Of a DNA stretch of 64,000 nucleotides, positions 1 through 13,700 are shown one piece after another (within the stretch, counting starts at the first letter, position 1; each line of letters begins with the position of its first letter). Source of the DNA: Candidatus Limnocylindrales bacterium (GTDB lineage: Bacteria; Moduliflexota; Moduliflexia; Moduliflexales; JAUQPW01). The stretch is taken from NCBI GenBank assembly GCA_035559535.1, contig DATMBG010000007.1:1-64000 (forward strand), read 5' to 3'. The notes under the pieces are model-generated. The model was not told the origin of the DNA. It searched no databases and saw only the letters and a list, made by a program, of their open reading frames with translations. The position numbers were made by a program, and so were the translations under genes.

Positions 1-142
1 CCCCGTCCCAAAGTCAGGTCACTCACGTGTTACTCACCCGTCTGCCGCTTTACTAGGGAGTTGCCTCCCGTTCTCGCTCGACTTGCATGTGTTAGGCACG
101 CCGCAAGCGTTCGTTCTGAGCCAGGATCAAACTCTCCGTAAT
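1..142 (-). rRNA. rrs: 16S rRNA, 5' end (continues beyond window start)
   Basis: Reverse complement reads AGAGTTTGATCCTGGCTCAGAACGAACGCTTGCGGCGTGCCTAACACATGCAAGTCGAGCG...GACGGGTGAGTAACACGTG (27F site at 116-135). The mature 5' end is estimated from E. coli numbering. Confidence 0.98.
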
Positions 143-207
143 TACTTCTTAAAACCTTGAAACTCTCAGGTTGACTCCGGTTGATCCCTCCCATCAACCT
201 GCTCCTA

Positions 208-219
208 TGTCAAAGAACA
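208..219 (-). promoter_or_regulatory. rrn leader boxA-like antitermination site
   Basis: TGTTCTTTGACA on the minus strand upstream of 16S, close to the boxA consensus TGCTCTTTAACA. Confidence 0.6.
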
Positions 220-367
220 AAAATGGAAGAAAAAAGATTAAACTTTTTAGAAAACTTAGATTTTAATTGAGGATTAAAGATTAAACCTTAACTTAAAAGG
301 TAATCACGGAGGGGAAAATTGGATCTTTCGATCACTTAATCAGGTTCCTCTTTCGAGGAACACTATC

Positions 368-396
368 AATATAAGTTAATCTGCAATTTTTGTCAA
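368..396 (-). promoter_or_regulatory. rrn promoter (proximal)
   Basis: TTGACA-N17-TATATT on the minus strand. Confidence 0.75.
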
Positions 397-466
397 GAAC
401 TTATCTTCAGCAATGTTATCTTATAACTACCAGTTAACTCTGTTCTTTTTCAGAAAGAACGTTTTT

Positions 467-496
467 AATATAAAACTAAACTTCAATCCTTGTCAA
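467..496 (-). promoter_or_regulatory. rrn promoter (middle)
   Basis: TTGACA-N18-TATATT on the minus strand. Confidence 0.7.
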
Positions 497-562
497 GGGG
501 TGTTTCCTTATTCTCCTAAAGCCTTTTATCAACCTCATTGCCACTTCCTAACGGATAAAATT

Positions 563-591
563 AATATATTTTAATTTTTGACTCTTGTCAA
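563..591 (-). promoter_or_regulatory. rrn promoter (distal)
   Basis: TTGACA-N17-TATATT on the minus strand. Confidence 0.72.
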
Positions 592-931
592 CGGCTTATC
601 CTTTGGAGTGGAGAAGTATGCATCAGTTTAACAGGTTACTTTTCCTCTTTCTAACCTTCCTCAAGGGGGTTTTCAGGGAGTATCTTTTTTATTTTCCTTA
701 AACCATACTCCCATGGTCCTGAGCTGAGTCTAAGGAATTCTTATAACTTGCAAAGAGTTCAACTTTCTCTTAACATTATCCTCAGATAACTTCTTTCCGT
801 TTTTTTTAATTTTATGATAGAATTTCGGTATTTACCTGAAATTAAGCTTGACAGAGGGAAAAAGATTGGGTACGCTTCTGTCAGCTTTAGCTTTAACCTT
901 TATTGGCCCTCTCCGAGGATGGTGTAAGAGT

Positions 932-1702
932 ATGAAATTTCCAGCAACACGAAGAGAGTTTCTCAAGTATGCAACATTCCTGCTAGGAACTTCTTTCTTT
1001 CCCAGAACTGCTTCTACGGCTCCCGAATTCGATGCGGAAAAATTTACGTTTACCCAGCTTATCTATCGTGGAGGTAACTGGAATCCTTATCGTAATAGCT
1101 CCAAAGAACTCATGTATGAGTTAATGCGGCGAACCAGCGTAGAAGCCAACGTAGAAAGAAACAATGTAAGGTTGACGGATGAAGCCTTGTTCATGTCTCC
1201 CTTTTTATATATGACAGGTGGGCAAGAATTTGAGCCTTTTACAGATCAAGAGATTGAAATTTTAAGGCGGTTCTTGAACTTTGGGGGATTTTTACTGATC
1301 GATGATAATCTGGGACATAAGAATTATGGGTTTGATAAATCGGTTCGAAGAGAGCTAGCTCGTATTTTTCCAGATAGTCCTTTAACCACACTTCCACCAG
1401 ATCATACGGTATTTCGTTCTTTTTATTTATTAAAAGCCGTTGGGGGACGAAATCTGGTGAACCCTTATTTAGAAGGGATCTATGTTGACGATCTGACTCC
1501 TGTTATTTACTGCCAGAATGACCTCGGAGGTGCCTGGGAGCGGGATGATCTAGGGAATTGGGTTTATGAATGCCAACCCGGTGGTGAGCATCAACGCGCT
1601 TTAGCTTTTCGATTAGGTATTAATCTGGTTCTCTACGCCCTTACCACAGATTACAAAAAGGATCAGATTCACTTGCCATCTATATTGAAGAGAATTCAAT
1701 AA
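932..1702 (+). CDS. DUF4159 domain protein with Tat-like signal
   Basis: Probable start at ATG 932 (MKFPATRREFLK, twin-arginine motif). Motifs PFLYMTG, GGFLLIDD, NDLGGAWE and AFRLGINLVLYALT are typical of DUF4159. Confidence 0.8.
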   Translation: MKFPATRREFLKYATFLLGTSFFPRTASTAPEFDAEKFTFTQLIYRGGNWNPYRNSSKELMYELMRRTSVEANVERNNVRLTDEALFMSPFLYMTGGQEFEPFTDQEIEILRRFLNFGGFLLIDDNLGHKNYGFDKSVRRELARIFPDSPLTTLPPDHTVFRSFYLLKAVGGRNLVNPYLEGIYVDDLTPVIYCQNDLGGAWERDDLGNWVYECQPGGEHQRALAFRLGINLVLYALTTDYKKDQIHLPSILKRIQ

Positions 1703-1790
1703 TCGTCCGTTGTCTGTTGTCTGCTGTCTGTTGTTCGTAGTCATGAACAGAGAGCCAGCTCCAGGCATGACAAAGGACAAAGGACAAACT
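1702..1790. repeat. Heptamer tandem-repeat inverted element (TTGTCYG / GACAAAG arms)
   Basis: tcgtccgttgtctgttgtctgctgtctgttgttcg followed by gacaaaggacaaaggacaaa. Related arms at 52428-52462 and 13042-13103. Confidence 0.7.
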
Positions 1791-1793
1791 GCC

Positions 1794-4700
1794 ATGAAGG
1801 GTCGATACCTCTTTTCTGCCTGTTTAGTTCTCTTATTAACCCTGATCTTGACCTCGCCATTAGGTATAACTGCACAATTTACTCGTTCAAATAGCCCTCC
1901 GGATAAACCTGGAGTCCGTTCTGAGCTTGCCGAAGGAGTGAAACTTGAACCCCCCCAAGAGCCCCAAACTCCAGTTACATCCCCCCCTGGTAAGGGGGAA
2001 AGGTTCGACCCTAAAAAATGGCCCATCGATGTGGGAGCTGTCGTGAATTCATCACCTGTTCTGGGAGATTTGGATGGAGATGGATGTTTGGAAATCATCA
2101 TCGGTTCTGATAACGGTAAGGTCTACGCCTGGAAAGCTGATGGGACTCCCTTACCTGGATGGCCGGTAAGTACAGGAGATTCGGTTCGATCTTCTCCGGC
2201 CTTGGCAGACCTGGACGGAGATGGTAAACTCGAGGTTATTGTAGGATCCTTCGATGGTAAGATATATGCCTGGAACTTCCGTGGAAGTTTGGTCCTGGGT
2301 TGGCCGGTCACCACGGGAAGTGTGATTTACTCTTCTCCGGCTATCGGGGATGTAGATGGAGACCAGTCCCCTGAGGTGGTGGTAGGATCCTTTGACAATA
2401 AGGTCTATGTCTGGAATGCAGATGGATCTCTGGCAAGGGGTTGGCCACAATCCACCGGTCTCTTTGTTTATTCTTCCCCGGCTTTGGCGGATCTGGATGG
2501 AGATGGTAAACCCGAAATAATTATCGGATCGGATAATAACCAGGTTTTTATATGGAATGGAGAGGGGATTCCCTTAGCGGGATGGCCTCAGGTAACTGGA
2601 CATGTTGTCCCTACATCTCCGGCTGTGGGAGACATCGATGGGGATGGAGAGTTAGATATTATAGCAGGATCCTGGGATAAAGTTTACGCCTGGGATAGCC
2701 ATGGAAAATTGAAACCAGGCTGGCCTATTACAGTGGGAAGTTGGGTAACCTCCTCTCCGGCTTTGGCAGATCTGGATAATGACGGGCTTCCAGATATTAT
2801 TGTCGGTTCCAAAGATGGAAAGGTGTATGCCTGGAATGGAAAAGGAAAACTCATCGATGGCTGGCCGACCATTACAGACGGGGAAATTACCTCTTCTCCC
2901 GCTGTGGGAGACGTAGATGGAGATGGGCGATTGGAAGTTGTCATAGGCTCCAAGGATAACAAACTTTATATCTGGGATATGAATGGAAAATTGCTCCCAG
3001 GCTGGCCCAAAGCCACCGGAGGACCTATCACTTCCTCACCGGCTATTGGAGACCTTGATAAAGACGGCAACATCGAAGTTGTGGTAGGGTCCAGGGACCA
3101 TAAGGTTTATGTCTGGAGTATCCCAGGTTCCGGGCGCGTGGCCAGGTCCTCTCGACCTGACATCCCCTGGGCAGGTTTCCATCGAGATCCTCAACATACT
3201 GGTTTCTTAGGTCAAACCCTCCTTACCGGACAGGTAGCAAAAACCCTACGACCCTCTACGCCTGTCTCCGGTGCACAACCGACTCCAAACCTGACAAAAA
3301 GCCCGGAAGCCGAAAGATCCCAAGTCCCGGATACAGCCCTTCAATCTTCCCTTCAGAGAGGGCCTGAGGTTAAAAGGGAGGAGCCTGCAACACCACCGGT
3401 GGTCGCTAAACCGGTTATTGAAGATTTGACCATCTCGGACTTTACGGATACTACTGTGACTCTAACCTGGACGGCTCCCAGTGTAAAAGGAAATCCGGCT
3501 AAATTTTATGATATTCGATTCTCAGGGGAGCCGATAACCGAGGAAACCTGGGAGAAAGCCACCAAATATACCACCGATCTGCATCCCAGTTCTCCAGGCC
3601 AGCCAGAAACCTTTGTTCTCATTAACCTTCCTCCCCGGGAGAAACTTTACCTGGCCATCCGGGCCTCAGATGGAAAAGACAAAACCAAACTCTCCAACGT
3701 GGTGGAACTGGACCGTCTGGATACTATTCCTCCAGGTGCAATTAAAGATTTAGTCGTGGTCGAAAAGGGAGAGCAACTTGAACTTACCTGGACAGCTCCA
3801 GGAGATAATGGATATGAGGGAAGTGCCAATGCCTATGATATCAGATATGCGTCCCAACCTCTTAGCGAGTCTTCCTGGTCCAAAGCCGCAGAGATTATCG
3901 GAGAACCTAAACCGCTACCTGCCGGAACGAAACAGCAGTTCTTGATTCCAAAGCCTGCTACTACCGAAGTTCTTTATTTTGGAATCAAGACCATCGATGA
4001 AGCTCTAAATATCAGCCCCCTGTCTAATATTGCCACCTGGACTCCCCAGGATAAAATACCTCCAGCTAAGATCCAGGATCTAAGGGTCGAAAATATCACT
4101 CCGGAAGGAATTATTCTGACCTGGACGGCTCCCGGCGATGACGGTAATGTAGGGAGGGCTTTTCGGTATGATATTCGTTATTCAGAATCCCCCATTACCG
4201 ATGCAAACTGGTCTTCCATTAAAAACCTTATCATAGGTCCTATTCCGGAGGCGGCCGGGACTTTACAAAGATTTATAATCAAAGAACCCCTGGCCGATAA
4301 AATTTATTATTTTGCCATGAAGACGGTGGATAAGCGGGGCAATGAATCTCCTCTATCCAATATTCTTCAGGTGGACGTTCGGGACAAAATAGCACCGGCT
4401 CCCATAAAAGACCTGGTCGTGATGGAAGTCGGATCCGATTGGGCCCGATTGTCCTGGACGGCTACCGGTGACAATGGAACCGAGGGGACGGCGGCTGCTT
4501 ACTCTTTAAGATATGCAGAAGATCCTAAAATCCTGGAGGCCTGGGACCAGGCCCAGGAAGCAAAGGATTTACCGAAACCTTTGCCCTCGGGGTCAAAAGA
4601 GGAATTCAAACTCTCTGGATTAAAGAGTAACCTTCGTTATTACGTTGCTATAAAAGCTATTGATGGAGCAGGGAACTATTCGGCTATCTCCAATCTGGTC

Positions 4701-7700
4701 GAAGTAAAGACCTCAGATACGATTAATCCAGACCCCATAACCGATTTACGGGCTACCGGCAGTACAGAAGATAGTGTCACCTTGAGCTGGACCGCCACTG
4801 GAGATGATGGCCGAACAGGTAAAGCAGCTCGATACGACCTCCGTTATACGGTAAAGGAGAAGTTAACCAAAAACAACTGGGATCAGGCCAATAAACTAAC
4901 CGGACTGCCCCAACCTGCCGAATCCGGTAAACCGGAAATTTATATTGTAAGAAACCTTGCCCGGGATACTGTTTACTATTTCGCCATTGAGGCCATTGAT
5001 AAACAAGGGAATCGCTCCGGTTTATCCAATGTACTGGAAGTATCGACCTCGGATACAACTCCTCCGGCTGCCGTTACAGATCTGGCAGTACAGGGAAGTG
5101 GAGCCGATTGGGTTCGGGTAAGTTGGACCGCTACCGGAGATGATGGCACCGAAGGGCAGGCTTCGTTTTACTCTCTGCGATATGCCGAAAGCCTTCAAAC
5201 GGTTCAGGAATGGGATCGGGCAACCGAAATTCCCAATATGATCAAACCCGGAAAATCAGGAAGTAAAGAAGAGTTTACTATTTCAGGTCTTAAAAGCAAC
5301 ACGGTTTATCATCTTGCAATTAAAGTCGGGGATGATCGGGGGAATCTCTCCCGAATCTCGAATATTGTTCAAGCGCGAACAGCGGATACCATCAATCCGG
5401 CACCTATTGCAGATCTGAGGGTAACCAGCAGTACCGAGGACAGTATTACGTTGAGCTGGACGGCTACCGGAGATGATGGAAGGGTTGGGAGAGCCGCAGC
5501 TTATGATTTAAGATTTACCCAAAAAGAGAAATTAACGAAAGAAAATTGGCCGCTGGCCGAGAAGATAGAACATCTCCCCAAACCTGCGGAATCGGGTAGT
5601 ACCGAAACGTTTAGTATTACAGGTCTGGTTAAAGGGACTCCTTATTACTTTGCCATTGAAGCCATCGATGCCCAGGGAAATCGCTCCGGTTTGTCCAACG
5701 TGGTGGAGATCACAACGAAAGATGTTACCCCACCGGCGCCTATTAAAGATCTATCGGTTGTGAGAACAACGGGAGACTCTGTAGAACTAAGTTGGACCGC
5801 CACCGGAGATGATGGGACCGAAGGAGTGGCCACGGCCTATTCCTTAAAATATGCTCTGGATCGTAAAACCCTGGAGGAATGGAATCAAGCGACCGAGGCG
5901 TTTTCTATGATCAAACCTGCCAGGTCCGGTGAGAAAGAGAAATTCACCCTAACGGGACTTAAAAGCAATGTCGTTTATTATATCGGCCTAAAGGCCATTG
6001 ATGAAGCCGGAAACACTTCAGGACTTTCCAATATTGTTCAGGCCAAAACCCAGGATACTATCAGCCCGGATCCCATTGTAGATCTGCGGGTAGTTGCCAA
6101 TACAGAAAGTAGCATTACCCTGAGTTGGACGGCTACCGGAGATGACGGTAAAATTGGAAGAGCGGCCTCTTATGATTTAAGATTCACCGTCAAAAGTACC
6201 CCGAAGGATAAAAAGAAAAGAGAATCCGGAGAAGGTGTATTAACCAAAGACAACTGGACCCATGCCGTACCGGTTACGGGGCTACCCCAACCTGGAGAAG
6301 CAGGCAAAACAGAAACCTTTACGGTGACCGGATTATCTAAAAACAGCACCTACTACTTTGCCATTGAAGCTATTGATAAGCAGGGAAATCGCTCCGGATT
6401 ATCCAATGTCATAGAAGTCTCTACCTCCGATACTACTCCGCCTGCCACGGTACAAACCCTGGCGGTTATGGGGGCCGGTGCAGATTGGATACGACTAACC
6501 TGGATCGCTACCGGAGACGATGGGATGGAGGGAAGAGCGGCCTCTTATTCCTTACGCTATGCGGAAACGGCTGCAGCTATCAAAGAATGGGACCATGCCC
6601 CAGAAGTCCCAAATATGATTCGACCCGGTAATCCTGGAGATAGAGAGGAGTTCATTATAACCGGAGGTCTGAAGAGTAATACTACCTATTATATAGGATT
6701 AAAGGTACGGGATAGTCGAGGGAACACGTCTGGGCTCTCGAATATTGTTCAGGCGAAAACCAGTGATGCGCTTAGTCCGGCACCCATCACGGATTTAAGA
6801 GTGGTAGAGAGTACCGAAGACAGTGTCACACTAAGCTGGACGGCCACCGGAGATGATGGAAGGGTTGGTCAAGCCAGCGAATATGATCTTCGATATACCC
6901 TGGGTGAAAAGCTTTCCAGAAATCTGTGGCCGTTGGCACATAAAGTGGAAGGATTACCCAGGCCGTTAGAGGCTGGACGTAGTGAAACTTTTAAAGTTAC
7001 CGGGTTGAAAAGGCACACAACTTATTATTTTGGCCTCGAAGCCGTTGATAATCAGGGAAATCGATCCGGAATCTCCAATATTCTCGAAGTAAGCACCCGA
7101 GATCTAACCCCCCCGGCGGCTGTGACCGATCTGGCCATAGTCAGTACCGGACCTAATTGGGTGAAGGTAAGCTGGACGGCCACCGGAGATGACGGCACTG
7201 AAGGGCAGGCGGCCAAATATTCCCTAAGATATTTGGGGAGTACAGGAACAGAGTTGAAACCGGATCCTAACTGGTGGGATCAGGCTGTGGAGGTCTCAGA
7301 CGTTCCTAAACCTGCTCAACCCGGGACTAAGGAAGAGTTTACGATTACAGGACTGAACAGTAATACCACTTATTTTATCGGATTAAAGATCTTTGATGGT
7401 CAAAACAATGTTTCGCCCCTCTCCAATATTCTCCGCACCCGAACTGCAGACACTATTAAACCGGCTCTCATTACAGATCTGGCTCCTGTAGAAGTTGGCG
7501 AAACCCTTGTCACTCTAAAATGGACGGCTACAGGGGATGACGGTAAAGTAGGTCGGGCCGAACGTTATGATTTAAGATATATGGTCGTAGGTCCCGGGCG
7601 TGGATCTTCTCTAACGCCTAAAACCTGGCAGACGGCCACCGAAGTCCCTAACTTACCCCAGCCTTCTGAATCTGGAACTGTTGAAGTAGTAACAGTAGCC

Positions 7701-10700
7701 GGTCTTTCCAGAGATACCAAATATAATTTTGCCATTGAAGCCATCGATGGAGCGGGAAATAGATCCGGACTATCCAATATCATCGAGGTAGTTACCCTGG
7801 ATACCACTCCCCCGGCTTCTGTCACGGACCTGAAAGCCTTAGAGACCGGACCCGATTGGGTTCGATTAAGCTGGACGGCTACCGGAGATGATGGGATTGA
7901 AGGAACCGCTTCACGTTATTCCTTACGATATGCTACTGACTTAAAGACCCTTGAAAATTGGGAAAAAGCTACGGAAGCCGTCGCACCGAATCGTATGCCT
8001 CTCCCCAAGAGTGCAGGGACTTCCGAAGAATTTCTCCTCAAAGGACTCAAGAGTAATACCACTTATTATATCGCTCTGAGGGTCTTGGATAATCGGCAAA
8101 ATATCTCTGGGCTTTCAAATATTGTAGAAGTACGTACCGCAGATGCTTTGAGCCCTGGAGTGATTGAGGATTTACAGGTAGTAGAAAGTACCGAGGATAG
8201 TATAACCCTAAGCTGGACAGCCACCGGAGACGATGGTCGGGTCGGACAGGCGAACGAATATGATCTACGGTATACCAGTGGAGAGAAACTCACCAAAACG
8301 AGCTGGAAACTAGCCCATCGGGTCACGGAGGTACCGAAACCCCAGCCATCGGGAAGTATGGAAACGTATAAGGTAACCGGACTAAGCCGAGATACGGTTT
8401 ATTACTTTGGTATTGAAGCCATAGATAAGCAGGGGAATCGATCCGGGATTTCCAATATTGTCGAGATCCGCACCCAGGATCTGACTCCTCCGGCCGGTGT
8501 GGTAGATCTTGCTGTCATAGGAGCCGGAGCCGATTGGGTAAAGATAAGTTGGACGGCTACCGGGGATGATGGGACCGAAGGGCAGGCCACAGCCTATTCT
8601 CTCAGATATGCTGGCGATTTGAAAACTCTGGAGGAATGGGATCATGCTCTGGAAGTACCTGGAGTTCCCAAGCCCGCCCCCTCCGGGACTAAAGAAGTGT
8701 TTACCATCACCGGGCTTAAAAATAATTCAACCTATTATATCGGCTTGAAGGTCATGGACAATCGGCAGAATTTCTCTCCCCTTTCGAATATCTTAACGGT
8801 TCAAACCGCAGATACCATCAACCCAGCACCTATTACCGATCTTCGAGTTGCCGAGACTGCAGCAGATAGTATCACCCTAAGCTGGACGGCCACCGGAGAT
8901 GACGATCGGGTTGGTCGGGCCGCTACCTATGATTTTCGCTATTCCACAGTTCCCTTGACCGAAAAGACCTGGGCATCTGCCCAGAAGGTCCCCAATCCTC
9001 CTACTCCCGCAGAGGCCGGAACTATAGAGAAATTAACGGTTCGAGGTCTTGTTCCCAATCAAATCTACTACTTTGGCGTACTGGCCATCGATAAAAACAG
9101 TAATATCTCTCCCTTATCCAACATCGTCGAAGCAAGCACCGCTGATACTCTGGCCCCAAAAGCGATTACAGATCTGTCCATTGAAGAGACCACCGAGAAT
9201 TCCGTCTCGCTGGTCTGGACTTCGGTTGGAGACGATCCAATCCATAAGACGGCTGCTAGGTATGACCTGCGTTACAGTACAAATCCCATTACCGAAGGAA
9301 ATTGGTCCCAGGCAACCAGAGTTTCTCCAGTCATCAAACCCTCGGAGTCAGGAACCAAAGAAAGACAGGTCGTTACGAACCTTCGTAAGGGTACTTCTTA
9401 TTACTTTGCCATCAAATCTATCGATAACGCCTCCAACGTGTCTCCCCTTTCCAATACAGTTTGGGCTTATACCTTGCCAGACCGAATTACAGATCTTGCC
9501 GTGGGAAAGGTAGATAAGGACAAGGTAACCTTAACCTGGACAACTCCAGGGGGAGATCTAACGGGTATTACAGGTACCGAAGGACGTTTCTATGAAATTC
9601 GTTATGCAAAACAAGAAATAACCGAAGATAACTGGTCCCAGGCAACCCTCTACCCGGCTCGAATTAAAGCAAAAGAACCGGGCTCTCAAGAGCAGGTGGT
9701 TTTGACCAACCTACCCCCCGACGAAAAGCTTTTCTTTGCTGTCAAGGTCTTCAAAGTGGGAGGTCCGACGGTACCGGGTACAGCAGGAGTCCCGGGCACC
9801 GGAATCTCTGCCTCACAAATCTCCAATAAACTGGAGGTGAACCGATTAGATATAATTCCTCCGGCAGCCATTACAGATCTGGTAGTTCGCCCCATAACCT
9901 GTCAAAGCCCTGAAGGCCAGAATCTGGGGTCTCGAGTTCCGGATTCTGGACCTGAAAAATCTGCAGAATCCAAAAAACAATCCAAGGGTAAGCAAGGCCT
10001 ACTCTCCTTTACAAAGCGTAAATCCAATAATTTGAGATCTGAATCTCCGGGCTCTGAACTTCGAACTTTAGATTGCTTAGAACTCTCCTGGACGGCTACG
10101 GGTGATAACGGTCATGAAGGGACTGCCACAGCTTATGATATCCGTTACGCCCGTACCCCTTTAGATGAAACCAATTGGGTCAGGGCAGAGCGATATCTCC
10201 ATCCGCCCACTCCCCAGGCCGCCGGAACCCCCCAAACTTTTATCGTTCCACTCCCTTCCCAAGAAGAAACCTTCTTCTTTGCTATAAAAGTCTTAGACGA
10301 GGCGCTGAATATCTCCCCCATCTCCAACGTGGTATCCTGGACCCCTCCTGATCACATTCCACCTGCGGCTATTACAGATCTTAAAGTTACAAGTCTGGAT
10401 AGTCATACCATCACCCTTTCTTGGACTGCACCTGGAAACAATGAAAACAGAGGAAAAGCCGCCTTTTACGATATACGATACTGTGGGGGGGATGTGCGTT
10501 GTAAGCTTCCTGAAGGATGGTCCAAAGCTCAAACGGTCGCAGGAGAACCCCTTCCAGAAGAAGCCGGTACCCTTCAGTCCATGACCTTAACAAATTTAAT
10601 TTCGGATACCACTTATTACATTGCCATGACGGCTACAGATGGAGCCGGAAACACTTCTCCCCTGTCTAATATCGTTGAAGCGACTACACCGGATGTGGTA

Positions 10701-13700
10701 GCTCCGTCTCCTGTAAAAGATCTTTCTGTGGTAGGGGTAGGACTGGATCGGCTTAAACTTGCGTGGACGGCCACAGGGGATGATGGGGAGGTAGGACAGG
10801 CCTCCCAGTATTCGCTTAAGTATGCTACAGATCGGGCCACTTTGGAGAGGTGGGATTCGGCCACGGAAGTTCCTAAAGTTCCGGCACCTAAAAGCGCCGG
10901 TAAAAGGGAAGAATTTCTCCTGACAGGTTTAACCCATAATACCACTTACTATATCGGTTTAAAGGTCATTGACAATCGCGGAAATTATTCCGGACTTTCC
11001 AATATCCTGGAGGCGCGAACGGGGGATGCCATAGGTCCTGAAATGATCACAGACTTGAAAGTCATTGGAAAGACCAGTAGTCCTGGCACATCTGAAACAC
11101 CCGATACACGGGAAGAGCGTACTGCCTCGACAGATGGCCTTACCCTCTCCTGGACGGCTCCTGGAGATGACGGTAAGGTAGGCCAGGCCGATAAATACGA
11201 AATTCGCTACTCGATAGAACCTCTCAATCCCGCTAACTGGAATAAAGCAACAAAAGTCAAGGAAGTCCCCAAGCCGTCTGTAGCAGGAACCGTTGAAAAC
11301 CTGGTTATCCGGGGGTTGGCTTTTAACAAAAAGTATTACTTCGGCATCATAGCCGTAGATAAAAGTGGGAATCCCTCTCCCCTCTCCAACATTGCAGAAG
11401 GTTTTACAAGGGACACCATTCCGCCTCAACCGGTAAGGGACCTCCAGGTGGAAAGCACCACCAAAGATACCATCACTCTGACCTGGACTGCCCCAAAGGA
11501 TGACGCTTTGCACGATCAAGCCTTTGCCTACGATTTGCGCTATAGCATACAACCCTTTGGGGAAGGATCCAATGCAGGTTGGGAAACTGCCGAGAGAGTT
11601 CAGGGTATTCCACAACCGGGTAACCCCGGAGCTTTAGAACGATTTACCATTGGACCTGCTCAAGGAATTACTCTCCAGGAAAATACACCTTATTACTTTG
11701 CGATTAAAGTGATAGATCAAGCCGGTAACGTTTCACCCCTATCCAATATTGTTTCTACCCAGACCAAAGATGTGACGCCACCTGTGGCTATTGGAGATTT
11801 AGTCGCTGCGTTTCCAACCCGAAATACGATTACCCTTATTTGGACGGCGCCTCAAGACCCCAATACCGGGAAGGTAGCATCTTACGAGATTCGCTACTGG
11901 GAAGTAAAAGACACCGATTTAGAAGGAACGGGTACCTGGGGGCATGAGAGGATAGAAACGCGACGACAGGGCGGGCAAGGTACACCCGGAGCGGAGGTTC
12001 AGAAATCTGGAAGCGGGGAAACGCCGGAGCTGATGACCACAGAAGATGTACCTCCTTCCAAGATAGAACCGCCCGGAAAGAAAACAACCGAAAAACCTGA
12101 GGCTAAACCCGAGGTGTCCTCTGGTAAGAAATCCCAAAAGACTTCAAAGGAAAAGGGTAAGATAGAGAGGCAAGGGCCGGAAGGTACAGGACAGGAAGGA
12201 TCTGTACGAAAACCATCTGTTGCAGCGTCGAAACGCTCGATGCGGTCTGTTCTCCCCAAACCCGAAGAGATTCCTGAGGCTAAACCCAAGATAAAGCCGA
12301 CCCCCTCAATATCGGGACAGGTTCCAGGCTCGGGGGAAACTACTCTCCAGCAGGGAGGTATAGAGGTACACGGGCAAAAGAGCCAAGAAACGGTTCCCAC
12401 AACTTCGCGTTCTCAGGTCACTACGTCCCGGATACCTTTTCCCTGGGAGAAAGCTGTTCGGATACCTACTCCTCCTCAACCGTCCAATCCTGGATCTGTA
12501 GAAAAGTATGTGGTGGCAAACCTCAAGGAAGGTCAAACCTATGCCTTTGCCATCCGGTCCACAGATCCAAGTGGTAATATTTCTGAGCTTTCCAACGTGG
12601 TGGTTGAAATGACCCTAGGTCCGTCCCTTCCTGTAGGTCGTCCGTCGATAAGTGCAATCAGCCCAGAAAAACCGATCCATCAGGGACAATGGAGCACTTA
12701 TCAGGGAAAAGGAACGATCCTTTCAGAGGATAATATGGGTATTCAGGTAACCTCCACCGATAGGGTTTTTGGGATTAAGCGTCCCCTGGTGGTTTCTTAT
12801 CCGGCCGGAAATAATACGGTAACACTCCCCCAGGATCAATTATCTTTAAAGATCAAGAGTCGAGAACCTTTTATTGTCTATATAAAGGTTATGTCAACCC
12901 AAAAGGACGAATACTACCTGGCCTATCAAGCCTCTACATATAATGGTTTGTGGGCTGTGAGTCAGGAGCAGAGATTGAGTAGTGATAAGGAAGTAGCTGT
13001 TGCAGCCGATAATGAACAAGGAACTCCTCGATTAAACCCGGGACAGACAATGGACCATGGACCCCAAATAACCGATAACAGACAGCAGACTATGCCTGAC
13101 AGGCAACCTGCCTTTCATCGGGTGGATAATTTTGTGTTCTTCCGACTGGGTTCGGAGTTTTTGGATGGAAACTGGCATAATCTGGAGAGAAATCTGAGAA
13201 AGGATCTCTTTGAAGCTACCGGGCAGAACTATCTGGCAACTAAATGGTTCGCAGTGAGAGGAACCCAGTTTTCCCTTGGAGATGTAAATCTGGCCGGTAA
13301 GCTGGTTAAAACTATTTCTGTAAGCGATGGAGGAACCGCTGCGGCAAGTTGGGGGATTCACTATGGAGAGGGCGATTTAAGTATCCAACCAGATAGTGAA
13401 TTAAACAAACCGGTTCTTCAGGCCAAATCCCGCACAGGAAGAGAATTAGTTATTGCTTATCCGGTAAAGCCGGGCATTCAAATTACGGAAAAGATTTTAT
13501 CCGCCCAGATAAAAGCCCGAGAAGAGTTCAAGTTCTTTGTAAAGGTTGTGACCTCTACGGGAGAGACTTATTATCTAACCTATATTCCCAGAGAAGGACC
13601 CCTAACCGTGTCCGGCAATTATATCTACGTCCCCATTGGAACTTCTTATCGAGACGGTACCTGGCACAAACTGGAACAGAATTTAGAAGCGGATCTGAAA

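Noticed and set aside
848..931. ORF-track N-terminal extensions (also 1710, 30432, 35006, 50035, 52468)
   Set aside because: Downstream ATGs give better signal peptides or RBSs, and several extensions are repeat-derived.
2123..13361. Many antisense and alternate-frame ORFs inside the giant gene
   Set aside because: They are shadows of the repetitive coding strand (e.g. recurring PSSPVAVQL) with no independent features.
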